Positions 1 to 13,065 of a stretch of DNA of 64,000 nucleotides are shown here, piece by piece. The notes beneath the pieces are model-generated. The model ran no database searches and had not been told where the DNA came from. It was given only the letters and a program-made list of their open reading frames with translations. The position numbers and the translations under genes are program-made. The DNA comes from Eledone cirrhosa (lineage: Eukaryota), in the NCBI GenBank assembly GCA_964016885.1, contig OZ024743.1:338210001-338274000 (forward strand). Reading direction: 5' to 3'. Numbering within the stretch: position 1 is the first letter of the stretch; each line of letters begins with the position of its first letter.

Positions 1-879
1 AGGGTGAGGGGAAAGTCGATTAAATCGACCTCTCTGCATTATTGGTATTTTATTTTATCGACCCCGTAAGGATGAAAGGCAAAGCTTAACCTCGGCGGGA
101 TTTAAAATCAAAACGTAAAGGGACGTAAATATAAATAATTGTCTCTACTTTAGGCACAAGGCCAGCAATTACCCAGTGCATTACTGGTACTTTATTTTAT
201 CGACCCCGTAAGGATGAAAGGCAAAGTCAACCTCGGCGGGATTTGAACTCAGATCGTAAAGGGACGTAACTATGCTGGAAAGCATGGCGTCCGACCCTCT
301 ACTGATACTGCCAATCCACCATAAATAATAAAACTTCATGCGTGTGTAGAAAATAGGGGAGAGGTGTGAGGAGAACATTTATGTAAGGACGGAAGGGGGG
401 GGTAGAAGTCCACCAATAGCAGAGGTCCAGTATAGAGTACTTCAAAATGTCTACCGCAATATTAACCCTTGTCAGAGCAAACCACATGAAACTACACTTG
501 TTTCTACGATACAAAACAGTTTATTTTAAAATGTTTGTATTTATCTAACAAAAAAAAAAACCTTCCAGCATAGTTTTATGTCAAAACCTTTGTTCCAAAC
601 TCTAGTTTAATAGCGAGAAATGTTTTCATATTACTAGTTTTTGATCATTTTCAAAATAAAAAGTAATGTCTTTCATTGAATATATAATTTTATGTAAAAA
701 CCTTTATTAAGTTATGCTCCAAACACCCGCTTAATAACGAGAAAAAAATATAGTTATATTACTAAATTCCTTCGAATTCTTGATTATTTTCAAAATTATT
801 TGATAATCGGAGAGTAGAAATATGGTTAAGAAAAGAATTTTGTCTAATCTGATTCATTTTTACTACAAAATGTTTGTCA

Positions 880-1006
880 CTGCTGGTGGCTCACCTTACA
901 ACGTATCAGGCGATGCCATGGGGGTACTTGTTTATTCCAGCACCTTAGCTTCGCTATCACCCGTGGCAACGCTGCGAGTGTGTTGGTTTGCCACATAAAT
1001 TATTAG
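880..1006 (+). mobile_element. CRE-clade retrotransposon C-terminal remnant
   Basis: Translates to LFQHLSFAITRGNAASVLVC, the CRE REL-domain end motif (QRLS.AI.RGNA). Confidence 0.6.
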
Positions 1007-2561
1007 AGGGGAGCTCCAGCGCTTATTGTTGTGGTGTGACTGAGTGCACGAATTTTCTCCCCCTTTTTCTTTTCTTTAATGATTATATATATATACACAC
1101 ATATACATATTCGTAGAATACTAAGAACTCGCAAAAGTGATAGAAATAAAGAAGAAAAGGAAGAAAATGGATGAGAGAAGATCACACAAACATTTATATA
1201 AATTCATCAGCTTTTAGATTGGTTGCGGTTTCAACGATTTAACTGAAAGTACCACGTAAAATTGACGGTTCGTGCAACAGAGAAATAATTGTTTCTGTCG
1301 GTATGATGTCTGTGTGAGAAACAAACAAATTATATATTTATACACACACACACACACACCAAGTATTTACTGTGAAGTATATAGTCGAAACTCCTAAAAA
1401 CTGTGTACAAATAGACAAGTGGTGACAAGTGATAAGATATTTAAATGTATATTTATAACTTTTCGTCCATTTCATGTCGATAACAAAACTGAATCAATGA
1501 GCCATGAAAAATGCTATTTTTTTTTTTTTTGTACCGCCAATGTGAAGATATAATAGAGGTAGTGGCTTTAATGATATTGTTGGTATAGGGATGGTGTTTG
1601 CGGTGGTAGTCGCTGTGGTGGTGGTGGTGGTGGTGTGATGACATTATTTGTGGTGGGGATGGTGGCTTAAATAGTGTCCGTGATAGTAGTAGTAGCAGTA
1701 GTGGTGGCGGTGGTGGTGACATAAATCCTGTTGATGGTGGTAATGGTAGTAGCATAAGTGGTGTATCTTGTGTTGTCATAGATAGTAATGGTGGTGGTGG
1801 AGACAGCAAGAAATTTTATAAAAGGCATTCCAGCCATGACCGTCTCGTCTTGGGCTTTATAAAACTGGCGGAGCCCCATCCTCTCTCCAGCCGATTTCTT
1901 CAAGTAAGTGTGAAGATATAGAGGAGAATTCAACCTCAGTATTTGACTGGTACTTTTTTTATCGATCTCAAGAGGATGAAAGGCAAGGTTGACCTCGGCC
2001 AGTTTTGAATACAGATTGAATACAATAAAGCATTCTATTCGATGTTCTAACAACTCTGCCAATTTGTTGTCTCCTTCTAGTGAGCATAAAAGATTTCATC
2101 TATTGCCCACCTTAACCCCACCACTTGGGGCACCTTTAAAAGGCAGATCTCACTCTGTTATAAGCATTTAGGTTAGTTGTCTACTTTGAGAATAGCTTCA
2201 TCGAATCAGTCCGGTAGGCCCTGGAAAGGGTCATAGACACGGCCCTTCTATCTGCCTAAACAGTAAAATATAAAAAAATGTAACTATTAAATCATTACGC
2301 TATGTTCTTTTCCTTTCCCAAGAGGAGAGAGTCTATTTTGAGGGACATTTGGCTGCTATTTCTACAACAGTTCTTTAATAATCCTGCTAATGCACGGTAC
2401 CCTGGACTGGTACTTTATTTATCGAACCCACAAGGATGAAAACAAATGTTAACCTCGGAAGGATTTGAACTCACAACACAGAGAACAGTTGGAACAAAAA
2501 CCAAGACATTTATTTAATCCAATGCTCTAACAACTCTGATAATTCGCTAAATATATAATGG

Positions 2562-2912
2562 CTTTATTTACAATTGTTTAAATAACATTAAATATGGGGA
2601 AGGGTTAAAGAAGGGCAGATCTGGCTGTGTTGGAAAGTAGAGGAACGGACTATAAAAGCCATAAATGAGAGGAAAAGGATGGGAAAAGCAAGGACTCTAG
2701 GGTCACAGAAGAAAAGGAGGGAAAGGAAGAGAATGATTGGCTCTGGGCCTAGGGCGTGGCGGTGTGAGGGCTACGCCCTGCTGACAAAATTGTAAAAGCA
2801 TTTCCACGGACAATGGCCAGCGACACCCGCTGCAATAGCCACCCCACCTCGCGGGGCTCCTTCCTCAGGTGAGCTGCTGATGTTCCGATCTTACAGAGGA
2901 GCTCGGCAGTGA
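2562..2912 (-). mobile_element. CRE-clade retrotransposon 3' end
   Basis: TAELLCKIGTSAAHLRKEPREVGWLLQRVSLAIVRGNAFTILSAGRSPHTATP*, followed by a 3' UTR ending in AATAAA. Confidence 0.75.
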
Positions 2913-3319
2913 ATTAGGACAAAAATAATGAATTAAAAAAATGAAAAATGAAAATGAAAATAACAAATAAAATAAGCTACTAAAACAATAAACAAATAAA
3001 AAATACATCATATAAAAATGATATAAAACAAAAGATTGCGTAAAAATAAAGAAATTTAATTATTTTACTTCAAGCCTCCTTTGTTATTTTTTTTTTTTTC
3101 ATCATCACCATTGTCATCATCATTATTATCGCACCATCATCATCATCATCATCAAGTCAATTCGTTAAAACGTATATGTATACATAAACATGTGAGCGTG
3201 TGGATACAAAATTTGAAATGCGTGTGTGTATTGCTCTGCTTAATGTTAACACGTATTTGTGTACATAAATATGTATATAAAACATTTGAAATGTATTCAT
3301 TCATTCATTCATTTATTTC

Positions 3320-3646
3320 ATTTCATTTTACGTCCACTTTTCCCTGCTTGCAAGGGTGGGACGGGAACTGATTCTGGCTTGATTTCTACAGCTGGATGCC
3401 CTTCCTAACACCAACCTCATTTACAGTGAGTGATGGGTGCTTTTTTATGCCGTGGCACCTCCACGACCACTTTGCAGTGGAATGATATGGACCCCAGTCC
3501 CTATCATCTCATTTCTACAGCTGAGTAAACTGGAGCAATGTGAAATAAAGCGTCTTGCTCAAGGAAACAACACATCACCCGGTCTGAGAATTGAACTCAC
3601 ACCCTTTCGATTGCAAGGCCAATGCTCTAACCACTAAGCCATGTGC
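3320..3646 (-). mobile_element. tRNA-headed SINE with an RTE-derived 3' tail (second copy 45175-45443)
   Basis: Head GCACATGGCTTAGTGGTTAGAGC..GTTCAATTC. The tail GTTGGTGTTAGGAAGGGCATCCAGCTGTAGAAA is shared with the RTE 3' UTR. Confidence 0.8.
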
Positions 3647-3844
3647 ATATAGTCACATACTCCGTTTAATGTTACTATCCAAAGTGATCACAATAAACAA
3701 CTCCCAATGTATGTGTGAGGGGGAGGGGGTAGATATATTTGCCTAGAAGTGAAGACATGTGACTTTGTTGGTTAGGGTGTTCAGCTCATCAGTTCGATTC
3801 CCAGTGACAAGTTGTCTCCTCATGAGAAAGAAACAATATTTCCT

Positions 3845-4268
3845 ATTAGTCCAGTGGCCTGTTGGTAAGGGTGTTGGACTTACGATCATAATGTCATGGG
3901 GTTCAATTCCTGCGCTGGGTTGTGAGCTGCGTTTTTGAGTATATATTGCTCCAGTATACCCAGCTGAAAATGCATACCCTGTGATGGATTGGCATCCTGT
4001 CCAGGGGGAGTCTTGTACTCTCAGTTGCTTCACACCACGAAACTGGCATAAACACCGGCCTGAAGAGCCTCCTGCTTGATAGAGACCAGTCTTTGTACCT
4101 GTAATTCAAAGGGTCAACTTTGTCACACTGAATCTCCACGAGAACTATGTTAAAGGTAGACACGTGTCTGTGAAAAACCCGGCCACTTGTATGTTAATTT
4201 TCCAAGGAGGCTGCTCCGTTGTTAGAAAAACTGGTAGACTCATCGTCGACAGTGATGGAGGTCCAACA
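3845..4268 (+). mobile_element. Longer tRNA-derived SINE (partial copy ~16290-16443)
   Basis: A/B-box-like head gtggcctgttggtaag..ggttcaattcc, central ccctgtgatggattggcatcctgtccagggg. The 3' part recurs at 16.3 kb. Confidence 0.6.
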
Positions 4269-4505
4269 CATACATGTTAGCTGAGAGGAGCACAAGTTAC
4301 CTACTTGACGCTCTACTGACTTGACTTGTACACTCCACAAAACTGAAACATTGAATGAGGCCATCACAAACCACTTTCATTATGTATTATCAGTATTCAG
4401 ATATGCAAACATATACATATGCATGTATATGTATATATGCCTGCATGTGTATGTGTGCATGTATATACATATATATATATATGTATATGAGTGCGTGTGT
4501 GTGAG

Positions 4506-4557
<52 letters not shown>

Positions 4558-7500
4558 TGCATGTCTGTATATATACATATATATATATGTATATGTGTGT
4601 GTGTGTGTGTGTATGTTTGCATGTCTGTATGTATACATGTATGCCAGCAGGTTTGTATGCATAATAAATATCAATTTTAATTTCATGAGAGAATGTGTGT
4701 GTATATGTGTATGTACACACATATATATCACCACCACCACCACCACCACCATCTTATGTCCACTTTCCAGAATGAAATGTTTGGCAATTTAGTAATTTTG
4801 TAATGGATTATTCAATTTTTCATTTTTAACATTACACAGAGAGCGAGAGACATTAATTTGTATGTTTTTACAGTTTACTGTTCTTTTAGTATTTTCCAAA
4901 ATAAAACGAGAACATAAACAAATAAAATAAATATATTAACCTTTTCATGACCATATTTCTATATATTCTATTTCAATCATTAATTATTTCATTACTAAGA
5001 TAGTAACATAACATATGCTTCTTAATCCTTTTCTGGTAGTATTCCTAATGAAAAACACTATTTCAATTAATTGATGAAGAATTTTGAAAAATTTACTAAT
5101 TATCAATTATTCCATTACTAAAATACAAACCTAACATATGGTTCTTAACCAATTTGTGGATGTAATTCTAATGAAATAGACTCTATTTCAATAAATTGAT
5201 GAAGAATTTTGATGGATTGATTAAAATTATTAATTATTTCATTACTAAAATAGTACCTTAACATGTTTCCTGGTGTGTGTATTTTGAACAATGAAAATAT
5301 AAGAAAAGACAGATGTAGGTTGGTAAGAGTACTTCATTGCTTTATGATAGTTTCAGAGGGCCGATTGATCACGGTAAATCGAATGATTGAACACTAGTTA
5401 GTGGTTACGTCACCACGTATATTTAGTGCCAATATACAAGATCAATCACTGTCTTCCTCAGAAACCATATGGTTCTTATATAAAATAATTATCCCAGTGC
5501 ATTACTGGTACTTCATTTTATATAAGGATGAAAAGCAAAGTTAACTTCGGCGGCATTTGAACACAGAACGTAAAGAGCCTTAACTCGGTGCTGTAAAGCA
5601 TGGTGTCTGACACTCTACCGCGGGTGATATTAAATTAAAAAGGAAAGGGTTCTTTAGAATATGTGGTTTGCTTAGCCACAAAAGGGTTAACAGGGAATAT
5701 CTACCCCTAGCATTCATTACATGTACACACGCAAATACACAAAACTTGGAAATAAAATAAAATAACAATAAATAAAAATAAAATAAATAAAAATAAAATA
5801 AATAAAGACATTGAATTTTAAATTATAAACTTTCGGGGAAAAGAAAAAAATTGTTTTATTTGAATTTTTCGTTTTTTTTCTATAAAAAAAAATTAAAATG
5901 CAACAAATAAAAAAAAAATAACAACAATAAAACAAAAGAAAACATACATATATGATCATCATCATCGTCATCATTGTCGTTTAATGTCTGTTCCTCCATG
6001 TTGGCATGGGTTGGACATATACTGAATATGTTTGTGGGATTATCATTGATCTATTTTTTCCAATGTTTTCTGCTTTGTTTAATAATAATAATTGTTTCTA
6101 CTTTAGGCACAAGGCCAGCAATTACCCAGTGCATTACTGGTACTTTATTTTATCGACCCCGTAAGGATGAAAGGCAAAGTCAACCTCGGCGGGATTTGAA
6201 CTCAGATCGTAAAGGGACGTAACTATGCTGGAAAGCATGGCGTCAGACCCTCTACCGATACTGCCAATCCACCGCCTTTGTTTAATAATAATAATGGTTT
6301 CTGATTTAGACACAAGGCCAGCAATTAAAAAGGAAAGGAAAAGTCGATTAAATCGACTCCAGTGAATTATTTTATTGACTAAGGATGAAAGGCAAAGCTA
6401 ACCTCGGCAAAATTTGAACTCAGAACGTAAAGAACCGGTACAAACTACACAAAGCATTTTGTCCAACACTCAACACTCTAACAACTCTTCTCATCCACTA
6501 ACATTACTGAATTCTAATTTAGACACAAGCCCAACAGTTTTAGGGAAAGGATAAGTCAGATACACTGACACCAGGGATTGACAGGTACTTTATTTTATCG
6601 ACCCTGTAAGGATGAAAGGCAAAGTTAACCTCGGCGGGATTTGAACTCACCATAATAATAATAATAATAATAATTGTTTCTACTTTAGGCACAAGGCCAG
6701 CAATTTAAAAGCGGGGTTGATTAAATCAACACCAGTCCATTACTGGTACTTTATTTTATCAACCCCCTAAGGATGAAGGCCAAAGCTAATCTTGGCATGA
6801 TTAGAACTCAGAACGTAAAGGGCCGTAACTCTATGCCATGAAGCAGGGTGTCCGACACTCTACCAATTCTGTCAAATAAAATACTGACCGTATAAACCCA
6901 CTGAAAGGAAAAAAATGGGCATCAGCATATACAGGAGACGAATACATACCTCCTGCTTGCTGGACAAATAGGCTACCATTATACAAATGAACTCACCCAA
7001 TAATAATAATTGTTTCTACTTTTGGTACAAGGCCAGCAATTACCCAGTACATTACTGGTACTTTATTTTATCGACCTCGTAAGGATGAAAGGCAGAGTTA
7101 ACGTCGGCGGGATTTGAACTCAGAACGTAAAGGGACGTAACTCTATGCTGCAAACTCCGACTCTCTACCGATACTGTCAATCTACTTGCCCTAATAATAA
7201 TAATAATAATCTTGATATATTTTTTCTTAAGAATAGTGGGAAGTTTTTTGTGGAGGGAAAAGAACATCTTTATATCATTATTATTATTAATAATTATCAT
7301 CATTATTATAATCATCATCATAATTATTATTCAGTTCCTTGTTGTTTACATGGTTTGACCATACAATTGACAGGTTCTGTGGCAAGGCCATGAGTTCGTG
7401 TGTGTGTATTTTATATAGAAAAAGCCTCTACATGACTAGAACTGTTTTGCTCAATTAGTTTTGTAGAAGTCATATCTATATGAAATAAATATGTACCTTC

Positions 7501-7689
7501 TCTACTACTGTATTGAGTACTTTCTGTTCATCTTTGGAGAACCATTCTTAATTACACACAAACACGAAGTGACCACAGTGAAATGACTGGGCAGACCACA
7601 AATCAGAGTAATATTTGAATCATGATGAGATGAAAGTGGGTACAATTAAAAGGGACTAAACCTTTTAAATATACATATATATATACACA

Positions 7690-8047
<358 letters not shown>

Positions 8048-8460
8048 TGTGCATGTATATAGAAGTGTGCGTACAAGTGTGTGTACATGTGTATGTGTGT
8101 GAGCGTAAGTGTATGTGTGTGTATACATACACACATATATACAAATTCACACACACACACAACACACACAGACATACAAATATTTAAAGGATTTATTTAT
8201 TTATATCACAAGCTTGAGCAAAAATCAATGTGCTAGACCCTTGTATAAGTTGGAGATGAGGAACCATCTCTACTGAATCCAGTCTAAAGGGGAGGAGGAG
8301 GGGAAGGTGTTGTGACCTTCATGCCTTTCCCAAAGTCATGAGCAGCATAAATTAAGTGAATGTATATATCAAGTCAGAACAGACTTACTTCATGGCTTCC
8401 CAACACTAGGTGTGTATATAAAGGTGGGTGTATATAGACATACACACACACACACACATT

Positions 8461-8503
<43 letters not shown>

Positions 8504-8574
8504 GACATACACACACACACACACACACACACATTATATATATATTATATATACACATACACACACACACACAA

Positions 8575-8615
<41 letters not shown>

Positions 8616-8674
8616 CATACTGAAATAAATATACTCATATTCTTTTACTATATATACATACACACACACACGTG

Positions 8675-8706
<32 letters not shown>

Positions 8707-9477
8707 TACGCACATAAATACACACACACACATATATATATACATAAATATTCATATACACATATATGTATGTATATACACACACAAACACACTTGTTTT
8801 TATAAACAAGTACTACAAAAATAATAAATATCAATATTATATATCCTTACATAATTGTCTCTACGTTTAGCACAAGGCCAGCAATTACCCAGTGCATTAC
8901 TGGTACTTTATTTTATCGACCCCGTAAGGATGAAAGGCAAAATTAACCTCGGCAGGATTTGAACTCAGAATGGCAAGGGCCGTAACTCTATACGTCAAAG
9001 CAAGGCATCCGACCCTTTACCGATACTGCCAATCCACCAATATATATCCTTACATAATTGTTTCTACTTTTTGGCACAAGGCCAGCAATTATCCAGTGTA
9101 TTACTGGTACTTTATTTTATCGACCCCGTAAGGATGAAAGGCAAAGTTAACCTCGGCAGGATTTGAACTCAGAATGGCAAGGGCCGTAACTCTATACGTC
9201 AAAGCAAGGCATCCGACCCTCTACCGATACTGCCAATCCACCAATATATATCCTTACATAATGCCGTGTATTTGTGTGTGATGTTGTGAATAGCATTGGT
9301 GCTTGAATTGACCATAGTATATAACAGGTACATATGATTGGCTCATACACTCCAGAAGAAAAACAAAGTTGACTCCACCTCACCCTTCTCTACACACTGG
9401 GTTTGAACACAGAAACAGAGATTTCACTAAATACTGTAAATGGCATTTAGTTAAGTTATCTATTTTATAGAATTTCT

Positions 9478-9682
9478 CACTACACCACCATCTCCACCAC
9501 TCCCACCACTGCTATCACTACACCACCATCTCCACCACTCCCACCACTGCTATCACTACACCACCACTCCCACCACTGCTATCACTACACCACCATCTCC
9601 ATCACTCCCACCACTGCTATCACTACACCACCATCTCCATCACTCCCACCACTGCTATCACTACACCACCATCTCCATCACA
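9478..9682. repeat. 38-bp minisatellite, ~5 copies
   Basis: Unit tcactacaccaccatctccaccactcccaccactgcta. Confidence 0.9.
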
Positions 9683-11253
9683 GCCTATGAAGATTATCAA
9701 TAATAATTGTTTCTACTTTAGACACAAGGCCAGCAATTTGAGGGGGAAGTCGATTAAATTAATACCAGTGCGTTACTGGTACTTTATTTTATCGACCCTG
9801 TAAGGATGAAAGGCAAAGTTAACTCGGCAGGATTTGAATTCATAGAGTTACATAAAGGGCCGCAGCTCCATGCCACTAAGCACTGTGTCCGACACTCTAC
9901 CGATACTGCCAATCTATCGCCCTCTGTTTCTGAATTAGGCACAAAGCCAACAATTTTGGAGGAAGAGAAAGATGATTAAATCAACCCCAATGCGTTACTG
10001 GTATTTTATTGTACTGACCCCATAAGGACGAAAGACAAAGTTAACCTCAGCTGGATATGAACTCAGAACCATGCTGCAAAGCATGGTGTCTGATACTCTA
10101 CCGATACTGCCAATCCATCACTCTAATAATAATTGTTTCTACTTTAGGCACAAGGCCAGCAATTATCCCAGTGCATTACTGGTACTTTATTTTATCAACC
10201 CCATATGGATGAAGTTTACCTCGGCGGTATTTCTTATGTCGGCACAAGGCCAGAAGCTTTATTTGGTAGGGGGAGGGGAAAAAGAAATTTAGTCAATTTT
10301 ATCAACACCAGTACATGACTGGTTGTTTGTTTTATCACCTTCACCCCACCACCCTCCACCTGGAAGAAAGGATGTAAGGCAAAAATTGACCTCGATGGGA
10401 TTTTAAAATCAGAGCTGGATCTAAATACTGCAAAGCATTTTGTCCATGCTGTAAGATATCCTGCCATCCAATAGTGTTGGTTGGTGGTGGAAATGGTTCC
10501 TGATTTAGGCACAAGGCCAACAATTATGAGGGTAGAGGTAAGTCAATTAAAACGACCCAGTGCATTACTGGTACTCTATTTTATCGACCCTGTAAGGATG
10601 AGGTAAAGCTAACCTCGACGGGATTTGAACTCAGAACATAAAGGGACATAACTCTATGTCACAAAGCATGTTATCCGACACTCTACCAATTACTGCCAAT
10701 CCACCAAATAGGTTGTTTTTTTTTGGGGGGGGGGGGTTATTTATATATTCATTATTTCATTATTATTTTTTTTTTTTTTTTTTATACCTATCAGAAATTG
10801 AACTTCTGAACTTCCAGTACAAAAATCAATATCAGCAATCGAGGTGGAAAATATCAACAAAGAATATATCCCCCACCACACAAAAACACAAAAAAAAAAA
10901 CAAGTTTTTAGCATGAGTTTCTCAGTTATGTACAATTCATTCTTCTATCTGTCTGACTGTAAGTCTGCAAGTCTCTTCTCTACCAAGTATGTGCCTTGCA
11001 TGTTTTCTACTATTTTCATTATTATATTTTAAAGCACATTGTCACTAGATTTTTCACCCCTTTATTCAAATATTTCATTAAAGTTTTTTTCGTCTATATA
11101 TATAGACTATTAACGAAGATCACTGATATTAACTCAACGGACCCCAGCCAACGACTAGCTCACTCAATAAATCTGCCAAGTTGCAGTAATGTAATTGCAG
11201 CCAGTAATTCAGAGTACACACAATTTAGTTAATAGTAAGTACGGTGGCTGTGT

Positions 11254-11284
<31 letters not shown>

Positions 11285-11727
11285 CATTCTTAAACCAGTT
11301 ATATTATTAGTTTTACATATAATCCAAGACTTGAGATATTTTGTATATTTTTCTCTATCCAGTTTTTTTTTTTTTTAGCATTCTGTATGTATTTGTGTGT
11401 TTGTATGTATGTTTGTGTGTTTGGTATGTATGTTTAAGCATCAATATCACCATTATCACCATCATCATCATTATCACCATTATCATCATTATCACCACTG
11501 CCACGATCATCATCAACATCATAATTATCACTATTATCATAATTATCATTTATCCAAATGATTTTTTTTTTTTTCTTTATATTGTTTCGGTATTTGACCA
11601 GTTTAAAAAAAAAATCTTTTGCAATATTTTTGCTTTTTTTTAATCAGAAGGATCCAACCCCCACTCCATCCTAGTTCTCCATTTTGTTACCTTCTGCAAA
11701 GATTGTTTCTAAAGTAGTCTTGTATTA

Positions 11728-12084
11728 TCAAGCTATATTGTTGTGTGATGAGGTACCTGTGCTGGCTTTTTTAGGTTTGATCATGAGAGATTGAAATTCA
11801 TTGCAGTCGGAATCAAGAGAATGGACACTCTCTAAGCTGCTAGCTGGTCTTAATGGTGGCAGTGCTGGCTCCATTAGTCTTTCGGTTGCCTCTAGAGAGC
11901 ATTCCCCTTTCACCTCAATCGGAGACGTACGGAAATGAACAGAGCTGCTTTGTAGGTGGACAACACTCTCCTCCAATGTGTCATTGCGTCCACCATTATT
12001 GTCGTTGTCCTCAATTACTCCCCCTGATGTTGTCACACTCTCCACCTCCACTGCTTGGTTCACACTGTCTTGACTACCATTTAC
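11728..12084 (-). CDS. gol: Putative terminal coding exon of the same Goliath-family gene (acidic/Ser-rich cytoplasmic tail)
   Basis: Acceptor cttgttattacag|GTA AAT GGT AGT CAA GAC gives VNGSQDSVNQAVEVES...SSHNNIA*, 357 nt. Phase 0 matches the RING exon. Non-repetitive, coding-like sequence followed by AT-rich UTR-like sequence. The link to the RING exon is inferred from strand and phase. Confidence 0.7.
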   Translation of the reverse strand, partial: VNGSQDSVNQAVEVESVTTSGGVIEDNDNNGGRNDTLEESVVHLQSSSVHFRTSPIEVKGECSLEATERLMEPALPPLRPASSLESVHSLDSDCNEFQSLMIKPKKASTGTSSHNNIA

Positions 12085-12184
12085 CTGTAATAACAAGAAT
12101 AAAATTAAAATAATAACAATAATAATTGTTTCTACTTTTGGCACAAGGCCTTTATAATAATAATAATAATAACAATAATAATAA

Positions 12185-12845
12185 ACACCATATTTACAAG
12201 GAGGAGGCTAGCCGACTGTGTAGGATCTGTGGAGAGAGAGAGGAGAATGTGGCTCACATTGTATCCGAGTGTAAATACCTAGCCCAGACTCACTATAAAG
12301 GCTGGAGACATGATGGCACCTATGCAAAGTAAACAATTTACCACATTCTGAGAAGTGCTATAATCATAAGCCAGAGTCGGTGATAGAAAACGATCAGGTG
12401 AAGTTGCTGTGGGATTTTAGGATACAGACAGACAAGAAACTGGAACACAATAGACCTGACCTGGTGGTTTTTGTCAAGGAAAAAAGATTGTGCCTGATTG
12501 TAGATGTAGCCTGCCCATTCGACACGAGATTGCAAGAGAAGGAGAGGGAGAAAATTAACCGATACCAGGACTTAAAGTGGGAGTTAAAAAGGATTTGGAA
12601 CTGCTATGAAGTCAAAGTGGTCCCAATTGTCATAGCCACACTAGGTACTATCTCAAAGAGTTTCCAAGGATGGTTAAAGAAAATTAGTCCAGCCCCGCTT
12701 TTTGGAACACTTCAAAAGACATGCTTGCTGGGAACAGCAAGAACCCTCCGATACGTCCTGAATATCTGAGGCTGCAGGTAGTGGCTTGATATTCATTTCA
12801 ACAAACTTTCCAGTTAAATAACATCAATGACTGAGACTCAAACAA
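12185..12845 (+). mobile_element. 5'-truncated R4/Dong-type non-LTR retrotransposon (CCHC + restriction-like endonuclease) inserted in (TAA)n
   Basis: CRICGEREENVAHIVSEC..RHD and LWDFRIQTDKKLEHNRPDLVV..IVDVACP..EKINRYQDL..VVPIVIATLG. Flanked by (AAT)n on both sides, the known Dong target. Confidence 0.85.
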
Positions 12846-12861
12846 CAATAATAATAATAAT

Positions 12862-13065
12862 GATTTCTTTATTGACCTTGCATGGCTTACATGAAGAAAA
12901 ACATTAAGGATGGTAAAGACAGAACAGGACAGAAAAGGTGTGGGTTTCAGGGTGTAAAACGATCATATAATGAGATATAAACAAATTCAAACAATGTAAA
13001 TTCCCCAATAGGGGGGTGGGGGTGGGGGGGGGCTTCGAATGGTCACACATGGAGAAAGCCCACGA
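12862..13065 (-). mobile_element. Possible Tx1-family 3' UTR remnant
   Basis: Begins atttctttatt like the Tx1 tail at 16567 and contains cacatggagaa, also present in the Tx1 3' UTR near 16732. Confidence 0.35.

Noticed and set aside
3560-3646. tRNA gene candidates in SINE heads
   Set aside because: A/B boxes are present, but there is no complete cloverleaf and they are embedded in multi-copy SINE bodies.
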